A stretch of 64,000 nt of DNA from Chitinophagaceae bacterium (GCA_043788995.1 JAYWII010000121.1:15361-79360); one strand, 5' to 3'; positions 48,869 through 59,529 are shown, counted from the stretch's first letter. Made by a program: numbers and translations. The notes: generated by a model from the letters alone, not told the origin.

Positions 48869-49720
48869 TTGGAAAAAAGAAAAATGGAAGTTGCAGTTAT
48901 TTCCGATGTGCATCTGGGTACTTATGGATGCCGTGCAAATGAACTGTCCCGCTACCTCTCTACAATAGATCCCACCATCCTGGTGCTGAACGGAGACATC
49001 ATCGACATCTGGCAATTCAGTAAAAAGTACTGGCCTCCGGGACACATGCAGGTGATCAAACAAATTACAAGTATGCTTAGCCGTGGGGTGAAAGTGTATT
49101 ACATCACCGGCAATCATGATGAAATGCTCCGCAGGTTTGAGAATTTTTCAGTGGGTGATTTTCATATTGTAAATAAATTAGTCATTCATCATGGCAACAA
49201 TGCCAGAAGCTGGATATTTCATGGAGATGTGTTTGATGTAACCATGCAATACAGTAAATGGTTGGCTAAGCTGGGAGCGGTGGGATACGACATGCTGATT
49301 TACATTAATGCCTTTATCAATTATATCAGTAAAAAATTAGGTAAGGGTAAAATATCTCTGTCAAAAAAAATTAAAAATTCTGTAAAGACTGCAGTTAAAT
49401 ATATTAACAGCTTTGAGCAAACTGCTGCAGAGATCGCTATTGAAAAAGGATACGATTATGTTCTATGCGGTCATATTCACCAACCGGCAGACAGGATCAT
49501 CACCACCAATAACGGAAAAGTAAATTATCTAAATTCTGGTGACTGGATTGAAAACCTGACCGCATTAGAATACAGCGACAACAAATGGACGGTGTATCAT
49601 TATCAGCAGGATGAATTAGTAAAGGAACTACACAATTCCTATTACATAGATGAAGCTGCATATTTACGTACAACAGAATTGTTCAAAATGATGATGGAAG
49701 ATTTTTCAAAAGCTTCTTAA
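48869..49720 (+). CDS. Metallophosphoesterase, LpxH/PlcP-like
   Basis: SDVHLG, GDIID, YWP..H, GNHD, HGDVFD, GHIH, NSGDWIE; TTG start. Confidence 0.85.
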   Translation: MEKRKMEVAVISDVHLGTYGCRANELSRYLSTIDPTILVLNGDIIDIWQFSKKYWPPGHMQVIKQITSMLSRGVKVYYITGNHDEMLRRFENFSVGDFHIVNKLVIHHGNNARSWIFHGDVFDVTMQYSKWLAKLGAVGYDMLIYINAFINYISKKLGKGKISLSKKIKNSVKTAVKYINSFEQTAAEIAIEKGYDYVLCGHIHQPADRIITTNNGKVNYLNSGDWIENLTALEYSDNKWTVYHYQQDELVKELHNSYYIDEAAYLRTTELFKMMMEDFSKAS

Positions 49721-49728
49721 AATTTAAA

Positions 49729-50787
49729 ATGATGAAAGTACTATACGCCATACAGGGAACAGGTAATGGACATGTGAGCAGGGCCAACGAAATTATTCCA
49801 ATGCTGCAGCAAAAGTGTGAACTGGATATTTTACTCAGCGGTACGCAGGCAGATGTAGGTGTTAATTATCCTGTTAAATACAGGCTCAAAGGGTTGAGTT
49901 TTGTTTTTGGTAAAAAAGGTGGCATCGATTTTTATAAAACATTTGAACAACTGCAATCAAAGAAATTTTTAAGTGAAATAAAAGCATTGCCAGTAGAAGA
50001 CTATGATTTAGTGATCAACGATTTTGAACCCATCAGTGCCTGGGCATGTAAAATAAAAAATGTTCCCTGTATAGCCATGAGCCACCAGTTTGCAGTATTG
50101 CATAAAAATGCACCCAGGCCGGCAAAGTTTGATCCCCTTGCACTGATGGTATTGCGTTATTATGCTCCCTGCAAAACTGGCGTAGGTTTTCATTTTAAAA
50201 AATATGGTGAAAATATTTTTACCCCGGTAATAAGAAAAGAAATCAGGAATGCAACTGTAACAAATAAGGGGCACTATACAGTTTACCTGCCTGCCTATGA
50301 CGATAAAAAAATAATTTCATTTTGTTCCAATTTTAAAAATACTGACTGGCAAATTTTTTCCAAACATACAAAAAAATCATACCGGGAAAAGAATTGCTGG
50401 ATACGCCCCGTAAGTGCAACTGATTTTACTGAAAGTTTTATTAGCTGCGAAGGTGTTCTTTGCGGTGCAGGTTTTGAAACACCGGCAGAAGCATTGTACA
50501 TGCATAAAAAAGTGCTGGTGATACCAATGAAGGCGCAATACGAACAACATTGCAATGCAGCAGGCGCTGCAGAACTGGGCGTTCCTGTAATTAAAAGTTT
50601 AAAGAAAAAACATATTCACAAAGTGGATACCTGGCTGAGCAGTGAGCAGCAAATTGAAGTGGATTTTGAAGATGACACCAACCAGATAATAGACCAGGTA
50701 TTATCTTTAGCGGCTTCAAAAAAGCTTGATGAAAAAGTGAGAAGAAAATTAATTGTACCAGAAGCGGTATCAGCGCAATGGGTTTAG
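49729..50787 (+). CDS. GT-B glycosyltransferase
   Basis: QGTGNGHVSRA, DFEP, GAGFETPAEA, QYEQHCNA. Confidence 0.85.
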   Translation: MMKVLYAIQGTGNGHVSRANEIIPMLQQKCELDILLSGTQADVGVNYPVKYRLKGLSFVFGKKGGIDFYKTFEQLQSKKFLSEIKALPVEDYDLVINDFEPISAWACKIKNVPCIAMSHQFAVLHKNAPRPAKFDPLALMVLRYYAPCKTGVGFHFKKYGENIFTPVIRKEIRNATVTNKGHYTVYLPAYDDKKIISFCSNFKNTDWQIFSKHTKKSYREKNCWIRPVSATDFTESFISCEGVLCGAGFETPAEALYMHKKVLVIPMKAQYEQHCNAAGAAELGVPVIKSLKKKHIHKVDTWLSSEQQIEVDFEDDTNQIIDQVLSLAASKKLDEKVRRKLIVPEAVSAQWV

Positions 50788-50829
50788 AAAATTAATACAG
50801 TCATTATTTAAGATCCGGGGAAAACTAAT

Positions 50830-51957
50830 TTATAAACTATCAATAATTTCTTCTGCATATCCGAACGACAATGTCATACCTGCACCACCCAATCCATTGA
50901 TAATATAAACACCCGGTTCAGGTGAAATAAAAAGCTCTGTGTCTCCATTCGTTAGTTTTGGATAAATACCATTCCAGTTTTCTTTGATTTTCCAGTTTTT
51001 AAACTTTGCTATTTTTTTTAAGTAAGAAAGAATTAAATCATTGATCTCCACTTTATCAAAAGGGTCATGTGTTAATCCATATTCATGTGAATCACCGATG
51101 GTCAGTTCACCCACTTCATTTTGTGCCACCATTACGTGTATGCCCCAGTTGATATACTCACTCATCTCTGTATTATATCTTTCTTTTAATTTTTCCAAAG
51201 AAGGTGCAGCAGCAAAGCTTTTGTAATGGATCAATGATAAACCTCCGCAAAGTGCAGGGCCTATCCGCCACTTATCCGGCTGTGTTTGCAGCCGCATCAT
51301 TTGCAGTTTACATTTAGTGATGGGCAATTTTAAATATACTTCAGGGTACAAGGTTTCAAAATCTGCACCGCTGCAAATAAGTATCACATCTGCTTCATGT
51401 TCTTCATCATTGCCAATGTACACTGTGTTATCTGCTATATAAGTAATGCATTTACCCCAGTAAAATTCCACACCATTTTTTTCATTCAAATAAGTTGGTA
51501 TCAATTCTATTGCATGTCTTGCATCCACCAGTAATTCATCTTTACTGTACAGCCCTCCCAGCAAACCATTGGATTCCACGGCTGATGAAAAATCTGTTAC
51601 CTGGTCTTTATTAAACAAAGCAATGGTTCTTTCCTTATTATAACAATCGTACAATTCATGCAACACCTGCATCTCATCCTGTTGATGTGCCACATGAATA
51701 CTGCCTGCTTCACTGTGCCAGATATTGGCTTCTGTGCAGATCTGTTTCCAGATTCTTCTGCTTTGCAACGCTCTTTCATATAGTTTTCCTGATGGCTGCC
51801 CAATGGGCCATATCATTCCAAAATTTCTGATGGACGCACCAACGGCTTTTTGGCTGCGTTCAAAAACCTTTACCTTAAATCCTTTATTAGTAAGTGCCCT
51901 TGCTGTTGCCAGGCCTACAATACCTGCGCCGATAACGATGGCTGTACGTTGTTCCAT
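50830..51957 (-). CDS. FAD-dependent amine oxidoreductase, TIGR03364/PbfC-like (phosphonate-associated)
   Basis: GAGIVG, GASIRNFGM, IGDSH, GLGGAGMTLSFG; cluster context. Confidence 0.85.
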   Translation of the reverse strand: MEQRTAIVIGAGIVGLATARALTNKGFKVKVFERSQKAVGASIRNFGMIWPIGQPSGKLYERALQSRRIWKQICTEANIWHSEAGSIHVAHQQDEMQVLHELYDCYNKERTIALFNKDQVTDFSSAVESNGLLGGLYSKDELLVDARHAIELIPTYLNEKNGVEFYWGKCITYIADNTVYIGNDEEHEADVILICSGADFETLYPEVYLKLPITKCKLQMMRLQTQPDKWRIGPALCGGLSLIHYKSFAAAPSLEKLKERYNTEMSEYINWGIHVMVAQNEVGELTIGDSHEYGLTHDPFDKVEINDLILSYLKKIAKFKNWKIKENWNGIYPKLTNGDTELFISPEPGVYIINGLGGAGMTLSFGYAEEIIDSL

Positions 51958-53246
51958 ATAGCAAAACCTTTTTTATGCTTATTTAAAAAATACATAACAG
52001 AAAAAACCGTGGCGATTACACCGAAAATTGAAACCCCTATAATCGCATTTGAAAAAAAACTGACCCATTGCAGCCGGATATGAAATACTTCTTTACCCAA
52101 CAAAACAAGCATGCTTCCCAGGTAACCAAAAGAATCAGCACAATACATCAGGAAGCCTACATTGCCATTGATGCGGAATGCAGCGATCATTCTTTCAAAC
52201 AGCATACAGTTAAAAGGTATGTAAGCAGTATACAATCCGATACCCACTAAAATCATCCAGGTAGCAGGATGAATGGCCTGGTTTAAAAAAAGCCAGGTGG
52301 ATACGCCGCTCAATATAAAACCCAGTATGATCAAACCATGAGCAATAATAAATGCGTTAAAACTTTTTTTCACAAACACTAAACTGGCGATCAGGATCAA
52401 AACAATAATAGTAACGGGAATTTCTGTTTCGGTAAATATCGCAGCCTGGTTAGAGAAGCCCAATTCATTCCAGATATCCGCAGCAAAATTATCTCTCATA
52501 TCCCTGAAGATGGTGAGAAACACATAGATGATGATGAGCAATAAGATACCCGGAAAAAAACCAGCGATTAGTTTTTTTCTTTCTTCTTTACTCATCGGAT
52601 TTCTTGGATGCCTTAGCCGGATATCTGCTTCAGTGGGAGCAGGTATTTTTTCTAATAAAAAAACAAAGATCAATAATGGTAAAATAAACAATAAGCCGGT
52701 GGCAAATGGAAGCCAAAATTCAGTAACACTCCAATGAAGCATTAAATACTTGGCAACGGATTTTACAAAACCAGAAGAAAAAATAAAACTTACTGCCAAA
52801 GCGGCTCCAATAAAATCAGTGGCCCGCCTTCCTTCGATATAAGAAAATATGATACCCCAGATAATACCTAACGGAAAGCCATTAAAGAAAAGAAAAACAA
52901 TATTGACAGGTGGAGGAACAACTGCAAAAAAAAGTAGTGAGATCCATGAGATACCAACCAAAACGAACATCATCTTCCACCTGCCAATTTTTTTTAACTC
53001 TGAAATAAATTTTATTCCATAAAACTTACTGCAGACATACCCGGCAAGCTGTGTGATTACCAAACATACTTTATAACTGATGCCCCAATAACTCAGGCCA
53101 TCAAAAGTAGCAACGGTAAATGGCTTACGGAAAGCATATACCGTTCCGTACGTTAAGAACACAGCTATGGCCGCAAACACTGCCACAACTGTGGGATGAT
53201 TAAAAAATGTTTTACTTATAGATGCGTTAGTTTGCAACAGCAACAT
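51915..53246 (-). CDS. DUF5690 family MFS-like membrane transporter
   Basis: About 12 TM; YAFRKPF, SYIEGRR, DSFGYLGS; overlaps both neighbours. Confidence 0.8.
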   Translation of the reverse strand: MLLLQTNASISKTFFNHPTVVAVFAAIAVFLTYGTVYAFRKPFTVATFDGLSYWGISYKVCLVITQLAGYVCSKFYGIKFISELKKIGRWKMMFVLVGISWISLLFFAVVPPPVNIVFLFFNGFPLGIIWGIIFSYIEGRRATDFIGAALAVSFIFSSGFVKSVAKYLMLHWSVTEFWLPFATGLLFILPLLIFVFLLEKIPAPTEADIRLRHPRNPMSKEERKKLIAGFFPGILLLIIIYVFLTIFRDMRDNFAADIWNELGFSNQAAIFTETEIPVTIIVLILIASLVFVKKSFNAFIIAHGLIILGFILSGVSTWLFLNQAIHPATWMILVGIGLYTAYIPFNCMLFERMIAAFRINGNVGFLMYCADSFGYLGSMLVLLGKEVFHIRLQWVSFFSNAIIGVSIFGVIATVFSVMYFLNKHKKGFAIWNNVQPSLSAQVL

Positions 53247-53934
53247 TTTTTATTAGTGATGGCAATTCTTTCAGGTCATCAATAATTTCATCAGGTTGAT
53301 AAGATTCCAATTCGGCTCTTGTAAAAGAACCAGTGGTAACAGAAACCACCAGGCCACAACCAGCAGTTCTGCCTTCGGCAATATCCACTTCTGTATCCCC
53401 AACTTTAACCACGGTCCCTGCATCTGTAATACCAGTGGCTTTCATAATAGCCTGTATCATATCTGCCGATGGCCGGCCATTTTCCACTTCATCACTGCTG
53501 ATAATAAAATCAATTAAACTGTTATCATGCCATCCAACCCTTTCCATGATAGTGTCGGTAATCAGTTTTGAAAAGCCCGTATTCAACGCTACTTTAATAT
53601 CATTATCCTGCAGCCATTTAAAAATCGATTCTGCACTTTCTATCGGCAGTATCTCTTTGGAATGTTCATAAAAATCAATCATGGTTTCAATGAATGTGTC
53701 ATGAATTTCATTGATCAAATTTTCACTTTCGATAATGCTGCCGGGGTAATTGGATTGGAGCAAATCATTAATAGCAATCATTTTTTTATAGCCCATTACT
53801 TTATTCGCCTGGTCCTTATCAATGGGGTAGCCATGCTTTTGCATCGCATACATAAATGCTTCGGCCACATTTGAATTATCCTGGATAGTGGTGCCGGCCA
53901 TATCAAACACTACTAATTGAAAAGTTGGTTGCAT
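53227..53934 (-). CDS. Phosphonatase-like HAD hydrolase (PhnX-like, TIGR03351-type)
   Basis: FDMAGTT, MGYKK, ALNTGF, GRP, KVGDT..DI.EG. Confidence 0.85.
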   Translation of the reverse strand: MQPTFQLVVFDMAGTTIQDNSNVAEAFMYAMQKHGYPIDKDQANKVMGYKKMIAINDLLQSNYPGSIIESENLINEIHDTFIETMIDFYEHSKEILPIESAESIFKWLQDNDIKVALNTGFSKLITDTIMERVGWHDNSLIDFIISSDEVENGRPSADMIQAIMKATGITDAGTVVKVGDTEVDIAEGRTAGCGLVVSVTTGSFTRAELESYQPDEIIDDLKELPSLIKNVAVAN

Positions 53935-53943
53935 ATCGTTTAA

Positions 53944-54534
53944 TTATATCTGGTTAAATGCGTATTGTCTTTGCAGGTAGTTTATCATTAAGTCTTTGAA
54001 ATAATCCATTGGCTGCAGGGGCAGGTTTTCTTCCTTAGCTAACTCATCCCACCGGCGCATTGCTATAAACTCTTCAAACAATTCATCCTGTTCAAATAAC
54101 AGGGCTTCGTCATAATTCATTCTGCCGCCCTGGAACTCCAGTGTTTTTTTACTGGCGTCTGAAAGACCTTCGTAATATTCAGGATATTTAAAAGTGAGAT
54201 AACGTTTTGCTGATACATGATTTTCCACCAGCCTTGCAATTCTTTCACTAAATCCTCTCTTACGTAAAAAGTTGGCGCCGATCTTTTCATGATTCATCAC
54301 ACCAAAGCCATTCATATCTGCTGTGATGTAAGATGCTGCACAGATATGCCCGATATCATGCAGGAAAGCAGCAAGCACTATTTCATCATCATACCCACCC
54401 TCCTTTGCTAACTGAGCTGCCTGCACCATGTGCTCCAGTTGGGAAACTTTTTCACCGGCATATTCATTGCTACCATGTTTTTGATAGAGCTCAAATATTT
54501 CTTCCACTACCGGGATGATTTTTTTAGCAGTCAT
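53944..54534 (-). CDS. HD-domain phosphonate oxygenase, PhnZ-like
   Basis: YAGEKVSQLEH, LHDIGH, HEKIGA, HVSAKRYL, RRWDELAK. Confidence 0.85.
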   Translation of the reverse strand: MTAKKIIPVVEEIFELYQKHGSNEYAGEKVSQLEHMVQAAQLAKEGGYDDEIVLAAFLHDIGHICAASYITADMNGFGVMNHEKIGANFLRKRGFSERIARLVENHVSAKRYLTFKYPEYYEGLSDASKKTLEFQGGRMNYDEALLFEQDELFEEFIAMRRWDELAKEENLPLQPMDYFKDLMINYLQRQYAFNQI

Positions 54535-54614
54535 AAACCTGATTGATAGTTATTACAATTTATTTGACCGTATTTAATTGCTATACAACCTGACGGTCAG
54601 CAGTAAAATTTAAT

Positions 54615-56171
54615 TTATTTAATGATCCACATTTTTGCATTGATATCATCGGTGCCACCAAACTGTGATTGAATAGCACTGCTTACATTAGCCAGGTTGA
54701 TTGACTTTTCAGAAACTGGATATTGAAATCTTAATGCTACTCTTTCACTATTGCCAGTTCCAGCGCCTGTATGAAAAGCAGGTGTACCCGTTCTGCGCCA
54801 GTTATAATATGCTTCCCAGCCACTGTTCTGGTAAAAGGCAAGGTATTTTTGAGTTAATATTTGTTCTAATGCTGTCGTTTTTGCTTCGGATAATTTTACT
54901 GAAGGCTGGTTATAGTAAGTGGCCCAATCATAATTAATTGTATAAGTATTATAATCGTTTAATGTGCCGCCTGGTTTTTGAAATGTTACGGTATTACTAC
55001 CATCAGCAATATCATAAAAACCAATACTGGCCTGTATACCTTTTTTATACCAGTCTTCTTCATTGCCAGTAATCCATCCACGAGTGATAGCTTCTGCTAT
55101 ATTAAAGCAGAGTTCAGGGTAACCTACCTGTATGGTATTCTCTGCCGTATAAGTACTGTAATATCTTTTACGGTTAATAAAAGAATATTTACCTAACCCT
55201 GCATCAGCACTCATGTTGGCCAGGTCTTCACCGCTGCCTGCACCTTTAAACGCATCAAAACTATTAGGCGCCTTGCCTGCTGCTACCAACGCCGCTGCAG
55301 GCTCTGCTACATAAAAAGTACGTGGATCTCTAAGCGAAACCAATCTGTCCAGGTAAGTAGAAGTCATGTTGTAACGGGCAGCATCAAAACCAAAATTATC
55401 CGGATTGGTGGAGTATTTATTGTATTGGTTGTTGTAGGTATATTGCAAATTTTCACTCATACTTTCAAACACAGGATACTTAGATGAGTTGGTAAACGTT
55501 TCTGCAAATTTTTGTTTTACGTTTAAATCAGCATCAGCTTCCTGCTTACTCAATTGTATCAATACCCTCAGCTTAAAACTATTGACTGCTTTGCGCCATT
55601 TATTTAAATCATTATTATAATAAAAATCGCTGGACAATATATAATTACCCTTTGTAACAATCGCAGCCATTTCATCATTTGATTCTTCCAACCATGCCAG
55701 TATTTGTTTAAATACATCCTTTTGAGTATCGTATTTTGGAGCGGTATTCTCCAATGATTTTAATGCTTCAGATACCGGGATATCACCTGTTTGCATGGTA
55801 AGATTATAGTACATATATGCTCTTACATATTTACCAATGGCGGTATATGGATTAGGTGCAGGAATACTTTTAGCCGCTTCCTCTTCCATCTTAATTACAT
55901 TCTTCAATGTATTGTAGGTATTAAATGAAACACCGGTCCAGGTATATTGCTGGTCACCGTAGTAGGCATAATTGCAGGCATAAAACTGGTTCCAGCGCTG
56001 GGTAGGTGTAAATGGTTCTTCAAATATATCTGTCAGTACCCCATTTAAAATAAGATTTGCAGGAACGCTGGTTGGTCTGTTAGGGTCGCTCTCCAGCGAA
56101 TTAAAATCTTTTTTACAGGAAGCAACAAACAAAGTGCTGCTCATTAATATGATTGAAAATATCTTTTTCAT
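54615..56171 (-). CDS. susD: SusD/RagB family outer-membrane lipoprotein
   Basis: Lipobox FVASC, DPN, GDIPVSEAL, EAYYNWRRTG; downstream of susC. Confidence 0.9.
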   Translation of the reverse strand: MKKIFSIILMSSTLFVASCKKDFNSLESDPNRPTSVPANLILNGVLTDIFEEPFTPTQRWNQFYACNYAYYGDQQYTWTGVSFNTYNTLKNVIKMEEEAAKSIPAPNPYTAIGKYVRAYMYYNLTMQTGDIPVSEALKSLENTAPKYDTQKDVFKQILAWLEESNDEMAAIVTKGNYILSSDFYYNNDLNKWRKAVNSFKLRVLIQLSKQEADADLNVKQKFAETFTNSSKYPVFESMSENLQYTYNNQYNKYSTNPDNFGFDAARYNMTSTYLDRLVSLRDPRTFYVAEPAAALVAAGKAPNSFDAFKGAGSGEDLANMSADAGLGKYSFINRKRYYSTYTAENTIQVGYPELCFNIAEAITRGWITGNEEDWYKKGIQASIGFYDIADGSNTVTFQKPGGTLNDYNTYTINYDWATYYNQPSVKLSEAKTTALEQILTQKYLAFYQNSGWEAYYNWRRTGTPAFHTGAGTGNSERVALRFQYPVSEKSINLANVSSAIQSQFGGTDDINAKMWIIK

Positions 56172-56192
56172 TGGTTGATTTTTTATTACTTA

Positions 56193-59100
56193 TTAAAAAA
56201 CAATATTTAGATTAATACCATAACTCCTGGTAGTAGGCGTTTGCAGGTTGGTGCCAGATTGGCTACCGGCATATTGGTCAATATCCACATCATTGAAACG
56301 TTTGTCTTTCATTATGTAAAGGATATTACGTGCCACAAAAGAAACATTGGCCTGCTGAATAAAACTCTTTCCAACGGGGATGTTATATCCTAACACGATC
56401 TCTCTCAATTTCAGGTACGACTTGCTCATCATGTTTGGCTCAGGGATACTATTTACACGGCTTGTATAATCCTGGGCATATGTTGTGGTGGTATTGGTTG
56501 CAAATTGCAATTCACTGTAATTGGTAATTAAACCTGTTACCGGATCAAAAGTTATTGCAGTACCATTGGATACCTGTACACCTTCGCCAACGTACGCCTT
56601 GATACCCTTTGTGTCTTCATAACGGGCAATACCCAATGCACCTTCCGCTGTTTCAATATGGCGTCCTCCCTGGAATGTTTTCTTCCTAACATAATCTTCC
56701 ATTACACCACCTACACGTCCGTCGAACTGGAAGCTGAACGATATATTTTTATAACTAAACTTGTTGTTTACACCCCAAACCCAATCAGGATTAGAATTAC
56801 CTGCATACTGTGCTACCGGCGATATGATTGGCCTTCCTCCTGCATCATTGATAATTTGTCCATTAGGTGTACGTGCAAATTTTCTGATGTACACTTCATC
56901 TGTACGGCTTCCTTTTGTATAAAATGTATAAAGATTGGTAACGCCTTCAGGTAATTCCTTAAAGGTTTCCTTAAAGGTTGACCAGTTCACCAGCACATCC
57001 CAGTTAAATCCATCCGCAGATCTGATGGCTGCACCTGCCAATGTAATTTCCAACCCCTTCTTTTGTGTTTTGGTTGCATTAATGGTATAATTAGAATAGC
57101 CGGAAGCTGCAGAAATTTGTTTGTTAAATATCTGCGGACCATCTATATAATTGAAATAGGCCACATCAATCCCGATCCTGTTTCTTAAGAATTTCATATC
57201 CAGTCCCAATTCTACGTTGGTTCTGTTATCCGGCTTAATATTATCATCTAACACTTTATCTGTAAAGCGGGCTTCTGTTGTATTGTTATAACCTACTCCT
57301 GTGCTGTACACATTGTTATATGAATAAGATGGGCCACCATAAGAGGAAGTATATTCAGCACCATAGCCCAGCGGGTATGAACTGTTAGGTGTGGCACCAA
57401 TGGTATTGGCTACAAAGGAACCACCACCTCTAACCTGTGCATAAGATGCTCTTAACTTAAAGAAAGAAATAGCAGCAGGGATTTTTATGTAATCACTGAT
57501 AACGGTACTAACGTTTACGGATGGGTAAAAGAAAGTATTGTTCTTACTGGACAAGGCAGATAATTTATCTACTCTTCCAGTGGTGTTGATATTGGCGTAT
57601 TTACCTAAACCGAAATCAACTGAATAATAACCACTCTGCACTCTCATGTCCGAAGCAAAATTGTATGCCAGCACCGGGTTGCGGCTGTTGCTGAAAGTAT
57701 ATACATTCGGTACGTTCAAATAATTGGTGGTAACAAAACTGGAGGCATAAGAAAAAGTACGGAGGTTAGCACCGATGAATCCACTCATGTTTAAAAAGCC
57801 AGCTACCTGTGGGGATTTCAGCCGTACCATTACTTCTGTATTGTTTTCAAACAACGAACGTTTATCTTCCCTGTAATCACCCCTTCCCTCTTCACGACCG
57901 TATGGATGTGCTGAGAAAGGCATTTTTTCTGTCCTGGTTAAATCATAAGTAGTAACAGAAGTTCTCGCCATCAACTCTACATATTTATTAGCCTTATAAT
58001 TCAATGTTGCATATCCATAAATATCATTTTTATGATGCCCACGCAGCCATTCATAGCTCATAAAATAAGGATTGTGATAGCGCTGGTACTCAGCATAGAT
58101 GCTTTGCACACCTTCTTTACCAGGTTGCCAGTAATTACGCATATCATCTACGTTCCAGTCTGCACCACCCCAGATCGTCATGTTATAAATAACACTGTTG
58201 GGGCCATAATTTACATCTGGTATATTATCGGTGTATTGCTTGTTGAAATTGATGTTTGCATCCAGCGTCAATTTTTTACTAAACTTCAAGGTGGCAGCCA
58301 GGTTAAAATTGCTGGTGCTTAAATCTGTGTTGGGAATAATTCCCTGCTGATAGGTTTGCCCTACAGAAAAACGCAGATCATATTTTTCACCACTTGCAGA
58401 AACAGCAATATTATTGGTAGATAATACACCGGCCCTGATAAAACGCTGCAGGTTGTCTTTACCTCTTGCAGTCCATGGAGTTGGGGTACGGATGCCCGTT
58501 ACCGGATCAACCGGGCTGTCATATTGCTCAATTAACTGGCCATCAAAACGTGGTCCCCAGATATCATAATCGTTGTCATTTACGCCGCCGCCTTTGCCAT
58601 CAACAAATTTGTATTTGCCGTGATCACCCGGACCATACAGATCCTGTGTTTTAGGCAAAGCAATAAAACCTTTGTTCATCATGGTACTGCTGTTAAATTC
58701 CACAGAGTAGCCACGCTTGTCTTTGGTACCTTTTTTGGTAGTGATAATGATGGCACCATTCTGCCCACGGTAACCGTACAATGCAGAAGCAACAGGGCCT
58801 TTCAATACCGTGTAACTTTCAATATCATCCGGGCTGATGTTCCAGGTATCTGAATTGATGGGAACACCATCTACTACATACAAAGAAATATTACCACCCC
58901 GCAGTAATATCTGCGGAGCACCCAACAATTCTGCAGAAGCACCAACCGTAAGGCCTGCTACTTTACCTACCAGGGAGTTAATGGGGTTTGGTTCACGGGC
59001 CTTTATCAAATCACTTCCCTTCACTTCCTGCTGGGAGTACCCAATAATTTTTTTATCTTTTTTAATACCGAGTGCTGTTACCACCACTTCGCCCAATTGC

Positions 59101-59414
59101 TTATTTTCTGCAACCAGGCGAATGGTTAAAAATTCTTTGGAAGCTGTGATTTGTTGGTTTTGAAATCCAATAAAACTGATGTTCAGTTTTTCTCCCTGGG
59201 CAGCAGTTATTTCAAAAGTTCCATCCGCACCAGAGATGGCGCTTTTGCTGGAAGTCTTACTGATAATACTTGCGCTTTCTACAGGAGCGCCATTTTCTGC
59301 ATCTACTATTTTTCCTTTAACAGTGATGGTTTGTGCATTTAAAAACTGGGAGGAAAGAAATATTGTTATTACTAATAACAACAGTCTTTTGAATGGGGAA
59401 ATTACTTGCTTCAT
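56193..59414 (-). CDS. susC: SusC/RagA family TonB-dependent transporter
   Basis: EVVVTALGI, LKGPVASALYGYRGQNGAIIITTK, C-terminal LNIVF. Confidence 0.95.
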   Translation of the reverse strand: MKQVISPFKRLLLLVITIFLSSQFLNAQTITVKGKIVDAENGAPVESASIISKTSSKSAISGADGTFEITAAQGEKLNISFIGFQNQQITASKEFLTIRLVAENKQLGEVVVTALGIKKDKKIIGYSQQEVKGSDLIKAREPNPINSLVGKVAGLTVGASAELLGAPQILLRGGNISLYVVDGVPINSDTWNISPDDIESYTVLKGPVASALYGYRGQNGAIIITTKKGTKDKRGYSVEFNSSTMMNKGFIALPKTQDLYGPGDHGKYKFVDGKGGGVNDNDYDIWGPRFDGQLIEQYDSPVDPVTGIRTPTPWTARGKDNLQRFIRAGVLSTNNIAVSASGEKYDLRFSVGQTYQQGIIPNTDLSTSNFNLAATLKFSKKLTLDANINFNKQYTDNIPDVNYGPNSVIYNMTIWGGADWNVDDMRNYWQPGKEGVQSIYAEYQRYHNPYFMSYEWLRGHHKNDIYGYATLNYKANKYVELMARTSVTTYDLTRTEKMPFSAHPYGREEGRGDYREDKRSLFENNTEVMVRLKSPQVAGFLNMSGFIGANLRTFSYASSFVTTNYLNVPNVYTFSNSRNPVLAYNFASDMRVQSGYYSVDFGLGKYANINTTGRVDKLSALSSKNNTFFYPSVNVSTVISDYIKIPAAISFFKLRASYAQVRGGGSFVANTIGATPNSSYPLGYGAEYTSSYGGPSYSYNNVYSTGVGYNNTTEARFTDKVLDDNIKPDNRTNVELGLDMKFLRNRIGIDVAYFNYIDGPQIFNKQISAASGYSNYTINATKTQKKGLEITLAGAAIRSADGFNWDVLVNWSTFKETFKELPEGVTNLYTFYTKGSRTDEVYIRKFARTPNGQIINDAGGRPIISPVAQYAGNSNPDWVWGVNNKFSYKNISFSFQFDGRVGGVMEDYVRKKTFQGGRHIETAEGALGIARYEDTKGIKAYVGEGVQVSNGTAITFDPVTGLITNYSELQFATNTTTTYAQDYTSRVNSIPEPNMMSKSYLKLREIVLGYNIPVGKSFIQQANVSFVARNILYIMKDKRFNDVDIDQYAGSQSGTNLQTPTTRSYGINLNIVF

Positions 59415-59440
59415 AAAACAACGTTTAGTTTTGTATGAAG

Positions 59441-59507
59441 CAAAACTACCAGCGCTGTGTTAAGTAATAATTGTGGGAATATTAACTAAAAGTAAAGTAA
59501 TGGTAAA
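59441..59507 (-). promoter_or_regulatory. Candidate Pho-box-like array plus perfect -7 box for the phosphonate operon
   Basis: TTTACC, TTTACT, TTAATA, (ACAATT), TTAACA at exact 11-bp period, 9-nt gap, TAGTTTTG at 59448-59441. Confidence 0.6.
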
Positions 59508-59529
59508 CTTATTGTAGTATTGAGCCAAC

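Noticed and set aside
48869-49720. Bona fide lipid A enzyme LpxH
   Set aside because: No lpx neighbours; the motifs and the GT/Pho context fit the PlcP-like branch better. A phylogeny is needed to settle it.
54565-54599. Terminator between susD and the HD gene (TGACCGT/ACGGTCA)
   Set aside because: A 7-bp stem with a 21-nt loop and no T-run; at most a stability element.
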